This document shows, in pieces, positions 13,301 through 24,329 of a DNA stretch of 64,000 nucleotides (position 1 is the stretch's first letter; every line of letters begins with the position of its first letter). The notes under the pieces were generated by a model, which saw nothing but the letters and a program-made list of their open reading frames with translations, did not search any database and had not been told where the DNA came from. The translations under genes were made by a program, and so were the position numbers. This DNA comes from Chrysomallon squamiferum. Lineage: Eukaryota; Animalia; Mollusca. Location of the stretch: the NCBI GenBank assembly GCA_012295275.1, contig CM022670.1, forward strand, positions 34,472,001 through 34,536,000, read 5' to 3'.

Positions 13301-15327
13301 TTCTATTATTACTTTTGTTTTGTTAGTAAATGTTTTGAACGTAGGATTCTTTTGCTCTTCAGAAAGAAATTGGTGTTTGGAAATGTCATCTTGGTGAAGG
13401 CAGTGTGTTTTCTTCTCCAGCACTGGATGAGCAGTGTAGAAATGTGTTTGTAGGAACACTGGCTGGAAATCTAACAGCCATTAATATTGTAAGCTACAAT
13501 TTCATTAATAGACTTTGTGTTATTTTGAAGATGTCATTGAAATATTGTTAACTAGTGGATTATTTGGAATATTTACGTAGGTGTTTCCATGTCTTTTTCC
13601 TATATTTTACAAAAAAGATCGTTTTTATTTAGAAGAATGTTTTAAAATTTAACAAGTGGAATAATGGTTACATATATAGGTTTTCTTTTTTCTTTTCTAC
13701 TTTGCAGGACAGTGGTGAAATACAGTGGACATGCAGTATGGGAAAGCCTATATTTTCATCTCCTGTGGTGTTGTCTGGTAATGTCATTGTAGGATGTGTT
13801 GATGGGACAGTGAACTGTGTCTCAGGACAAGGTCGAAAGGTATTGTGTTACATTTCTCTGTTATATAATATTTTTTTTTGTTTGTTCAGTTTTGTGAAAA
13901 ACTTTTTGTTGATTACAAAAACATTCAGAAATAATAACTGTAAAAAATATTTTAAAAAAGAATGGACACAAAATATTTTAGGTTTAAAATATTTTATTTA
14001 TTTAAATATTTTGTTTGAAATACTTGCACAGGAAAATAAAATGGTTTCGGAAAAGATTGTCTTTATCATTCTCATTCACTCAGAAAAGATATATATAACT
14101 TTTAATAGGATATTTTATATAATATACAAATGATGTTCAGTATTTTAAAGATTACACAAATTATGTTCTGTATTTTGTATATTATGTAGGTTATGTTTAA
14201 CATTTTATATATTGCAGAAAATACATTTGATATTCTTATATATTACACAGACCATGTTCTATATTTTGATATGTTCTCATTTTCAGATTTGGGTTTTCCA
14301 GACTGAAGCACCTGTATTTTCTTCACCATCTGTTTGCAGACATTTGCTTGATGGTTCTAGCTATATACTTATTGGATCTCATGACAAGTGTTTGTATTGT
14401 CTGTCAGAGGAAGGTAAACAAGTCTGGAGATACAAAACAAAGTCTGCAGTCTACTCTACACCATCTGTGTTAGACTACTCAAACAAGAACACATCATTTG
14501 ACAAAGAAAATCTTTCATCCTGTAACAGCAGTCTCATGAGATCTGAATATTTTCAAAATAAAACAAAATCACATTATAAGTCACTCAATAAGTCAAACAG
14601 TTCATCTGATTCATGCAATAATGTCAACATATGCAATGAAACTCACAATAACACACATCTACCTCATCAAACCAATTCCTGCAAAAGCAGTAACTTGTGC
14701 CTTAGTGATGCACAGGACAACAACAAGAACACATGCAGAAGAAATAATTCTTCAGAAACCTATCACAGCAATAAAGTCAAAGCAATACCTGATATAAATA
14801 ACAGTAACCTAGCATTCCAACCAACTCTGACTCCATTGGATCATTTAACTAACGATCTGTGTACAAAACTCAGCCATTTTGTGTCTCCAGCATCTTCAAA
14901 AAATCCAGCTAAAACTGATTCTGTATCAGTTACAAATAACCAAGGAGCTGAATCAGTATTTGATCCACATGTGAACAGTGTTGATTCAAAAGATAACAAG
15001 GGTGCAGTAATTGGTTTCACATCAGCTGATGGTTCTTCAAAATATCCAACCGAAACCCATTCTATATCATCAGAAAATAACCAAGGAGCTGAATCAGTAT
15101 TTAATCCATGTGAGAATGATATTGATTTGGAAGAAGTCAAATCAGCAGTAGCTTGTTTCACATCAACAGATGGATGTTTGTATTTTGTAGATGTTTTGTC
15201 AGGACAGTGTTTGTCTGATGTTCAGCTTGATGGTGAAGTGTTTTCATCTCCAGTTTGCTCAGATCATTATGTTGTTGTTGGATGCAGAGACAATAACATA
15301 TACTGTTTCAAATACACATGGAAATAG
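5616..15327 (+). CDS. AASDH: Beta-alanine-activating enzyme / acyl-CoA synthetase family member 4 (A domain, PCP, PQQ-like beta-propeller)
   Basis: 16 phase-consistent coding exons: 5616-5744, 6094-6185, 6464-6581, 7078-7292, 7613-7805, 8412-8641, 9030-9139, 9621-9817, 9970-10171, 10762-10871, 11294-12069, 12517-12668, 12964-13127, 13363-13488, 13708-13839, 14287-15327. Motifs: LAYCLTTSGTTAEPK (A3), LTFDPSVIDIF, NLYGTTE, RKTGD, LPLTKHGKVDK, PCP NFIKLGGDSF, CVDASP, RIESSA, GAIKSSP, GEVFSSP...GCRDN. Confidence 0.95.
8139..8250 (+). repeat. Degenerate tandem copy of the AASDH intron/exon-6 boundary (acceptor lost)
   Basis: 8139-8250 aligns to about 8347-8460 (aaatattattttacaa...attgttgtc.aggttcacagcatct). 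The copy has acaaac where the functional exon has acaag|g. Confidence 0.75.
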
Positions 15328-15597
15328 ATGTATCTTTCTAATTTGTTATTTAAAATTACTCAGGACTGTAAACTTATAAATTTTCACTCAAGTGCAATAT
15401 ACAGAGAATATTTTGTTTATTTATTTTTGTATTTAAGTAATTATGATACAAAAATTAATAATAATAATAAAACATGTTTTAAAATGTGATTTTTAAAAGA
15501 AAATTTTGTTCTGTTCTTGCTTGTAATTATTTTTCTTTGTATGATAATAAATTACTTTTAGTATTAAGACTTTACCATGTTGAAAGAATTGCATATT

Positions 15598-15648
<51 letters not shown>

Positions 15649-15856
15649 TCTTTTCTTGTCATTCTTTCTTTCTTTTTCTTTTTTTTCCTTGGCATTTTAT
15701 TTGTTTTTGTTATTTAATTCCATTTTGACAGAAATCATCAGTTTAATATGTATGTCTGTATCTATACAACCATATGATTGATACTGCCAGATGCACAATC
15801 AGTATAGTTACTGTGGAATAAAGCTAGGTATGATTACAATTCAACAAATATTTTAT

Positions 15857-16711
15857 CTATCCCCATTTTTTAATTGGCTTAAATATTCTAATGTATCCAT
15901 GGTAATCAGAGAGATACAGCTTGCCATTTTTATCCAAAGCAATTCCATACACACAGCTAGGTTTAGTGTCCTCCCATAGCAAGGAATTCACAAACTCTCC
16001 GCCAGGTGTCAGGAGAGTCACCTGGTTAGTCTCGCCTTCAACGAGGTAAATGAAACCGTCGGAATCACACGTAACTCCACGAGATATACCTTCAGACTTG
16101 TAAAACCAGATGACATTTCCTTCCGGTGATAAACACGTGAGGCCACCTTTTTCAAAATCAGACACCAAGATGTTTCCATCAGTCGACGTTGTCATGTACC
16201 ATGGAGCTGGAAAAGGTCGTAAATCAGAATCGTTCACGCTGATTGTTTTCACTTCACAACCATCGGAATCGTTAACGGAAATGCATTTATGACTACCAAA
16301 AACAAATCTGTAATTTTCTTTTCTTAACAACGGTTGCAGAACAGAGATTCCGCACTGCTTGCTGTCCGTTTCTATGATTTTAGCCAGTCGCAAGTTGGGC
16401 ACGACGTTAACAACAGCAACAATGGGCTCGTTCCAGAACGTTACGACGATTTGGTCTTCACTGATGTTGGCTACACGACGAGGGTATCGTTTGAACTGCA
16501 GACAGCTGGTCATATTTCGTTTCACCCTGGAATCTGTCCAGTAAGCTTTCAGAGCTTTGTTATTGAAGTCGACGACGACAATGACGTCTTGGTCTGTCTG
16601 TGACAGAACTGTGATGTCGATGGTAGACGGTTTTGCTTCATCGTCAAGAAATTTCGCATGTATCGTCTTTATAAGAATGTACTTGGTTTGATCGTTCGTG
16701 CATGCAGACAT
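15857..16711 (-). CDS. Stand-alone NHL-repeat beta-propeller protein (TRIM2/3/71-like C-terminal domain), 284 aa
   Basis: Intact ORF with NHL-type blades (PWYMTTSTDGNILVSD, SRGVTCDSDGFIYLV, VYGIALDKNGKLYLSD). Acceptor at 16718/16717; the upstream exon with donor at 18005 ends in an in-frame TAG, so it is 5' UTR. Confidence 0.8.
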   Translation of the reverse strand: MSACTNDQTKYILIKTIHAKFLDDEAKPSTIDITVLSQTDQDVIVVVDFNNKALKAYWTDSRVKRNMTSCLQFKRYPRRVANISEDQIVVTFWNEPIVAVVNVVPNLRLAKIIETDSKQCGISVLQPLLRKENYRFVFGSHKCISVNDSDGCEVKTISVNDSDLRPFPAPWYMTTSTDGNILVSDFEKGGLTCLSPEGNVIWFYKSEGISRGVTCDSDGFIYLVEGETNQVTLLTPGGEFVNSLLWEDTKPSCVYGIALDKNGKLYLSDYHGYIRIFKPIKKWG

Positions 16712-17532
16712 CCTTCCCTGAAATTAATATTATTAAAAGTGTATTGATGGATAATAAATCCTGAATTTTTTTATTTTTTTATTTTTTTATTTTATTTATT
16801 TATTTTTTTTTTTTTTTTTTTTTTTTTTGTTTGTTTGTTTTTCAGTTATCTCTAAACATGCAAATGTTTCTAATGTATTATTTACTTGATAATTTTTCAT
16901 TATATTTATTTATTTTATTGTTTTTTATTTATTTGTTTGTTATCGCTTTGTATATATTCATTTCCTACATATTATCTTAATAAAAACAAAGGCAATAACA
17001 CAAGAATCATAATACCAAATTTATTTTTTCTTCAGACACAGAAAAAAACATAGATAGATAGATAGATAGATAGATAAATAGACGGACAGATAGGTAAGTT
17101 GGTACGTAGGTAGACATGGACAGGCAGACAGAGAGAGAGAGAGAACAACAACCGAAAATCACGCTGGTTTTGGTCGAAGATATTCTTGATACTGTTCTTT
17201 ATTAAATTATATAGATATAATTATGATAATACATCACAAAACCCATATTCTAGGAAGTATTAGTGACAAGTGAGATATGTCTTATTTCTTTAGCGAATGC
17301 GAAGATACGAGTTTGCTTTGATAGTTAAGAACGAAATGTTGAGCACCTGACGAATAAGTTAAATAAATAAAGCAAGTGTTATTAACAAATGAAGTAAAGG
17401 CGTTTTCGCTTAAATAAATAGTTATATGGGAAGGTTTCGTGTGTGCGCGCGCGTCTGTGTGCAAGAAGATAAAGAAATATTGAGAGAAAAAGAACGAAAA
17501 GATCGTTATTTGCACACACACACACACACACA

Positions 17533-17784
17533 GAGGGGCGTGCAGAGGTGTGGTGATGTCTGGGGCCAAGTCCTTGATTGTATGCCCCAAAGACTCGAGT
17601 ATACGGCCAAGTATTGAGACATATTATTAGAAAGGAAGATTTTGAATATGTAAACACAAATGAAACATAAAATAAACACTTTATTCGATTTTTATATATA
17701 TATATCAACCAGATTTATTAAGTTCTTTTCTCTGATTGGATGCCCGGGGCCACCGCCCCTTCGGCCCACCCCCCTCTGCACGCC

Positions 17785-17788
<4 letters not shown>
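17533..17788. mobile_element. hAT-type MITE (~255 bp) in the NHL gene intron
   Basis: TIRs AGGGGCGTGCAGAGG (17534-17548) and CCTCTGCACGCCCTT (17773-17787), 14/15 match. Flanked by (CA)n on the left and (AG)n on the right. Confidence 0.7.
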
Positions 17789-17839
<51 letters not shown>

Positions 17840-19629
17840 ACATTAAATAATAATAATCGTTCATTATTATATAACTTTATCATTATAATGGACGAATATC
17901 TCATCTTTGATATGTTAGCAAATACCTAAGCGTGACACAAATATTTTTTAACCATTTCGTAAATGAATTATAAATAAATGAATAAATAAAATAAATATTC
18001 TTACCTATTTTCTTTCGAACAGTCGTCAACAACAACTATTTTATGAACGAATAACTGTCTTTATCCGAGGTACAGTTTTAACTATATTCTTGTTTCGACT
18101 TTATCATTGTTTGTTGGACATCCTATACTATAGCTTTGGCCTACAAAAGATAATTATACTCTTCAACAGTGGAAACGCATGGTTACACTTCTCTTTACAT
18201 AACGTATTCATATCCTGAACAATCAGATCACAGCTAAACAGTGCATACACTGAAAAAGTCGCCTAAGGTGCCATCATCTTTTTCGTTCAGTTATTTTTAT
18301 TTATTAAAAATTTGTTATTTGCATGAATAGATGAAGATACTAAGAAAAATTAATGGGTTTATTTATTTGTTTATTTTTATTTTTTAACTGAGATTTTAGA
18401 ATACGGTAATGGGGGTTATTCCATTAGCTTATCAAAACATAAATTTTAAGGGCTGACCTAGATCGAAACACCGTACTAGCCCAATGTTAGAAACCACTGT
18501 TAGTAGGTAGATTTAATCTAATTTTAAAATGTTATTAAAATATCCTCAGTGATCGTAAGATTTGATCTGGTATACGTATTAGGAATACGTTTTAAAAGAA
18601 AAGCATATATTTACTAAACGATGCGATTCTCTTGTTGTGCAGTGTAGCCGTCAAGCTAATATAGTATTGTATTTCACAAAGGTCTAGGCCACTTCCTTGT
18701 TTGTTTTGACAACAGAACTTGTAACAGTGATGTTTTATAAAAATAATGATGACCTAAATTACTTCCTACTTCAGTGTTATTATTCAACTTTTATTTGTTT
18801 TGAATAATACATGTATGTACTATGAGGTCAGTAACGTAACGAAAAGACTTAAAGTATGCAATTTCTTCTGTTTAATTTATTATGATGCATATCTTAATAT
18901 TCCACAAAGAGGAGCAAGCCCAGACCACTGTAGTGGCACAAATTACATCTGTTGCTATTTATGGAATATCCTTGTACAGTCAGTGCCGGATTAACCTAGT
19001 AGCATATAGTACAGGCCACGAATTTTCCCGCTCTAATACTTTGCTGTCTGGTATTTCACGTTAACGTTCACACATCAAGGGAACTACATCTTTAAATATT
19101 CGTAATTTCGAGTAACATTATATCGAGGTCATTAAATGTTTTCATTATTCGTAATTTCAAGGTCATTACATTTTTTCGCATATCTTGTTCGAATCATTTG
19201 TCTCACATTTTTCTGCATTTATTATTCAGTTTATTTTAATGTTGCTTTGGGGTTGAACTGTTCCATCGTTCACCACATTGTTAAGAATGCGTAGGTATTC
19301 GTTGATTTTCGGGAAAAAACCCACACAAAAACACAATTCACCTTAAAACTCGAGTGCCATACACGACGCCCATTCCACTTTATTTCGATTTATCACAAGA
19401 AAAACAGCCCTATGTGACGTGAACTAACTAAATACCGGACAACAATCAGTGTCCTCAGTGCAAACCATACTGGTCAACTGTACGTGGTCACCAGTCTTGA
19501 TATCGCTACTTAGATTTGTAATATCAACTGCTGCAGTGGCAATTTTTTATACTGACTGTTTGAACGTCTAAACAATTTTGAATGGCGTTAGTTACAACCA
19601 GTCCAGTGGTTCTCTCCAACTAACACATA

Positions 19630-20778
19630 GGGCAAGTGTACATATATTGAACCCCCTAACTTCTGACCTTCATTGCTCAGTCCAGATGGAACCAACGAAG
19701 GTCAGTTTAGTTGTAGTTAATAGATGTTAGATGTTCTAAGACCCTCGTAAACAACAACAAAAAAAAGTAACTTACAAACTCCATGTTTTATGGACCAATT
19801 AAAAAATATCGACAAAGATTCGACTTAGGGCCCCCGTGACTTATATAGATCCCTATTGGTTCCTATATTGAACCGGGGTTAAGTATAAGGACAAAGTGAT
19901 TCAATAGAATTAGAAAAATGAAAACGAAGGAAGGAATAAACATTAATTAAAAATAGCATATTCATTGTGTAAATTATATTGTCCAGATCCTCATATAAAT
20001 TGACCGTCATTTTTGATCGCAGCATATATGTCTGTGTCGACTCGGAAGTAAACTGAATGTCCATCCTCATCTCTGGCGCTATTCTGAAGCTGTGGCATCT
20101 GGCATTTTACGGCTCTGTAGAAGCATCGACCATCCGGATCTGCTGGTATTCATTTCAGAGAGGTAAGAGGGACATTAATGGTGCTACTGTCGGGTCCTTG
20201 TGGCGCACGGAACTTTTCTCTCTGGGACCATGAGTTATAGCCTGTATTTTCAGGTTCGGAATCTTCATTTACAGATCGGGCGGAGTACAGTGCTGTTCAG
20301 GTTCGGTAGTGTTGTTGATGTCGCCATGATTATGACATATCTGTTACTAGGAATTCTGTTCTTTGAGACACTGAATCTGAACTTTCTACTTCCAATCTGG
20401 CTGCAGCCGCATTGGCAGCATCACACCACATATTTGGGTAGGGCCAAATGCCACAATGTTTCGACCTGTGGTTCAATATAGGAACGGCGTGGTGATTCAG
20501 TATAGGGCACTAGACATAAAAATACACGCATATGCACTTATATACCCACCAGCACGACACACCTACAAAAATAGCAAAAATTATATTTATATGGGCAAAA
20601 TATGATTTTCCCTCACCTTTTTCGCGTTGTTTGACGTTTTACTATTTTTAATATCGCAAAATGCACGATGTCGATCGAGGTATCACACAGTTATGGCAAA
20701 ACACCTTTCAAACAATCAGAGGCTGAGAAATGCCAGAGGTTCAGTGTAGCTAGAGGTTCAATATGTGTACACTTCACC
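19630..20778. mobile_element. Non-autonomous TIR element (TA target duplication, Tc1/mariner-pogo-like) carrying an OTU-like protease fragment
   Basis: TIRs GGGCAAGTGTACATATATTGAACC and (rc) GGTGAAGTGTACACATATTGAACC, 21/24 match. TA at 19628-29 and 20779-80. Inner perfect 16-bp inverted repeat 19859-19874 / 20470-20485. Removing the element restores the hAT frame (VLL-Y-MC). Confidence 0.8.
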
Positions 20779-21904
20779 TATACAGCAACACTTTTCGTTT
20801 TACTGGTTTTGATGGGTCTGTCATATCCAAGAAACGTAGGTAGACAGACAATATTTCTCGCCCATGAGAACTTGTTCCATCCACTATTAAAGAAAAGTGT
20901 GCCCATTCTTCAAGACACTAACAAAATTTGTCCCGAATCAGTGTTGCTGCAACATGGATTATTTCATTTTGTACACTTTTATTTGTGTACCGTGCATTCT
21001 TACCCAAGATAATTATTAAGTTCAGGATTAGATTTTGCCGTAAGGCGTAAGACTGCAATGAAATTGCCTTCGTTGCATATTTCTGGCTTTGAAAAATCTA
21101 TTTCTTTGTCTCTGTGTCCCCGTAATACAATTTGCTGCTTGGTACATACTAATACTGCGTCTGCTATATATGACAAAATCGAAACCTTTTTTTGTGCATT
21201 TAGTGATGCTACTTGGTTTATCTCAACGTCGACTCGAATGTTAATGTTGCGCTGTTGTGATCAGATACACAAGGATCGTTCAGTGCTACGTTTGTGATAC
21301 TCTTTTGTCTCGTTACTGTCTAATAGTTCTTTTGATTTACTGCAGTTAGAAAAAAGAGTGCTTACAAAAGCCCCTACTTTTTCTTTTTCGTTGTTACTGA
21401 GGAGTAGATACACGGAAGACAACCCCCTCTGTAATCTGAATGATTGCGATATGCAAGCCACCGAGCCCGCTCGAGTCATCTCGCCTGAAACATCACATGC
21501 TTTTTTTCGTTATACTTTCGTCTATGAAGTGTGCATGATGCACCATGTTTCCAGCAACTGTCCATCATATTTACCTTTTCAGAATCGCGTAGCTGTTCAG
21601 ATGTTCGGAAAACGGTGCAAATGTCACCGGGAGACGAACTATTTATTGGTGTAATTTTATCAGTTAGACTTTTATTTGCAGAACTATCTGTAGTTTTTGT
21701 AACCGCAGTAAACTTACACGGAGATACATTTTTTCTACAGACAAAACAGTCTAATGGGTTCTGCCTTTTTCGCTTTCTGGGCGGATCGAACATGGTTTTA
21801 AAACGTAAAATACGACTTTGAACTTCACTTGGCTGTGTGGAAATCTTGCAAAAATAGATTGATTGGTAATCAGTGAAACCGACGAATTATGCTTACGCGG
21901 TGTG

Positions 21905-22314
21905 GCCAATGTACGTCACAAAACAACGAGGTGACGTCATTTTGTTCGACTGAAATCGGTTGTATTTTAATTACAGTTGTGTTAATATTTCACCAAATAC
22001 TTTCTCAAACTAAATGAAATAAAGCCTATTAAGGTTTTTTCCATCATGTTTCCTTCGAATGTATGTATTTTAGGTCTTGAGAGTACCTCGCGTCTAATGT
22101 AACAGCATTCTTTTGAAGTACTCTTAAAAACGGCAATACATACATTAGAATGAAACATGGCAGGAACATATTTATTATACGTAATGCACTGTAGGCTTTA
22201 TTTCAGCTAATTTTAGAAAGTATTTTGTGAGATATTAACCTACTGTAATTAAAATACAGCCGATTTCAGATGGAACAATTGATGTCACTGCGTTATTTCG
22301 TGACATAGATTGGC
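21905..22314. repeat. Long imperfect inverted repeat (foldback/MITE-like) upstream of the hAT ORF
   Basis: Arm 21905-22086 pairs with arm 22118-22314 (ctgaaatcggttgtattttaattacag vs ctgtaattaaaatacagccgatttcag); 31-nt loop. Confidence 0.8.
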
Positions 22315-22693
22315 AATGCTGTTACGGTAAAGAAGACATTATTAAACGTCACAGATACAAACAGCTTACAGAAGTCTGTAACAACATGTTTAATGTATTT
22401 TACTAAAAATAGTAAATTTTGATCACGAAAGTTTCAGTAAATTTGTAAAATTCGTTATGTTTGGAATGAATATAAAACATTTTTAAAATTTAAATTTTTT
22501 AATAAAAAATCTCAGGAAGAGGGGTGTATATAGAAATTATGTTGCTTTGATACACAATTTAGCCCACCTACCAGGAAGTCACTGTTAACAGCATTTAGTC
22601 TCGATTCTTTAGAACATTCTTTGAACCTCGCAAAATTCCCGTTCCGGCCGGAAAGCCTGCCTGTCATCCTTCATAGGTGCTGCCGATGAAAGA

Positions 22694-22755
22694 ATGGGTA
22701 AGGTGAGGTAACATCGTCTGAAAGCATAAACAACAAAATCTCTTGTCTTATGATT

Positions 22756-22796
<41 letters not shown>

Positions 22797-23842
22797 TTGT
22801 AAAAAAAATTTTTTTTTTTTTATCATCTAACAATATGAAAGACGTTTCACATTTAATTGTTTTGAAATTTCTTTAAGTTTATGGTGGTTTATGAGTAGAG
22901 GAAATACCTATTTCTTAAATAAAACCTAATGTAGGGAATCTAGGAGATGCTACTGAAAATATGAATTATTTCATTTGAAAATTCCACCCAAAATTTGCTT
23001 TACTTTGTTAGAGAACATCTCACTAACTTCAAATGCACTACTTAAGAAAAAATTAAATTATATGCTTGGAAAAGTTATTTAAGAATGCTACTGATTATTG
23101 CTAAATACAGAAAGATTGCATGTAGGCCCTATATACCAATATTATTGCATTTATTGTGATGTCATTTCATGGACTGAATCAGTGAATGTGAAAAAAATCT
23201 AACATCCTTTATGGATATGACTACTTTTTAATGATTCACTCAGTCTGTTATGTTTTTTTTTTAGATATTTTAACAGAACAGTGTAAGTATGTTAGAATAT
23301 TGGCTAAACAGACAGTGTAGTAATTTTACGTCTATAATTAATTCTGAATAAAAGTTGATGCCGGGATTTGATCCCTGAGCCTGTTAGTTTAATTGTTAGT
23401 TACTGATTAATATGTGAGTTTTTGTGTGTGTGTGTGTGTGGGGGGGTGTTTATTTGTGTGTGTGTGTGTGGGTGTGTGTGTGTGTTCTTTATTCACTATT
23501 TCACTCATATTTCATTCATTTATCTTAATTTTTGATATTTATTTATATTTTGTTTTTAATTTTATCATAGTGAAAGTTTTCATACTTTGGCAAGAAAGGA
23601 AGTGATATTTGTAAAGAATGTAAAATGGCAGGTAAACACAAAGAACCTTTATTTCAATAATTTAAAATTTTACAATTTTTAGCTTCATCCTTGCAGAATG
23701 ATTAATGATTGATTGCAGCAAATTAGGAATTTTATCAATATGTATAGTGTCTCAGGAAAATGCCAGAACTTCTTTTTTATCTGTGTTTTCTTTTCAATCT
23801 CACTTGTTAGTTTTTCTCTTTGAACGTATTCCTTTCTTATTA

Positions 23843-23925
<83 letters not shown>

Positions 23926-24129
23926 CCCTCCCATTCTTTCAAGATACATGAAATTCTATGACTAAATATTTTAGTAATTTTATTTGATAATTGAAATATT
24001 ACATTTATAATTTTATTTCAGATACCTGAGTTTTACTACCAGACTCCCAAGAAAGAACTAAAACTGAAGTCTATAAACAGCATCATGGAATTCACTAATC
24101 TTCTCAAAACCATTCCACAACAAAGATGA
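22694..24129 (+). other. Possible small spliced transcript (lncRNA or ~38-aa micro-ORF)
   Basis: CpG/ETS-containing patch 22570-22700, ATG GGT AAG|gtgagg, strong acceptor ttttatttcag| at 24021/22, then open IPEFYYQTPKKELKLKSINSIMEFTNLLKTIPQQR*. Confidence 0.3.
23845..23920. repeat. (CT)n microsatellite
   Basis: Direct inspection. Confidence 0.9.
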
Positions 24130-24329
24130 TTTTTGAGTCTGTTTTTTTGTATAATGTGTCCCTGTCTCTAACCTTATTTGTGTTTGTTTCTTACTCTTGG
24201 TTTCTTTCCATCCAAGATGTTTTCTGATGCAGTTTCTCTCCATTTGTTTCTTTGTTGCCATCAATGTTTTGCCATCATCTGATTTGGATGCAGATGTATA
24301 TATGCATATGAATGTTTATGTGTTTAACA

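Larger units (their letters stand above)
18981..22530 (-). mobile_element. Degenerate hAT DNA transposon (TTF-type zinc finger, DUF4371 region, DDE core; PRKRIR/ZMYM1-like), interrupted by nested insertions
   Basis: Minus-strand fragments with stops and frameshifts: KHVMFQAR, GAFVSTLFSN..KSKELL..E.KEYH, QQIVLRGHRD...NEGNFIAVLRL, NARYTNKSVQNEII, LIVDGTSSHGREILSVYLRFLD, and past the insertion MC*LERTTGLVVTNAIQNCL. hAT-like end CAGTGCCGGATT at 18981; the right boundary is approximate. Confidence 0.8.

Noticed and set aside
15328-15500. Possible SECIS in the AASDH 3' UTR (ATGA...AA...TGA)
   Set aside because: Helix II does not pair convincingly and the region is low-complexity AT.
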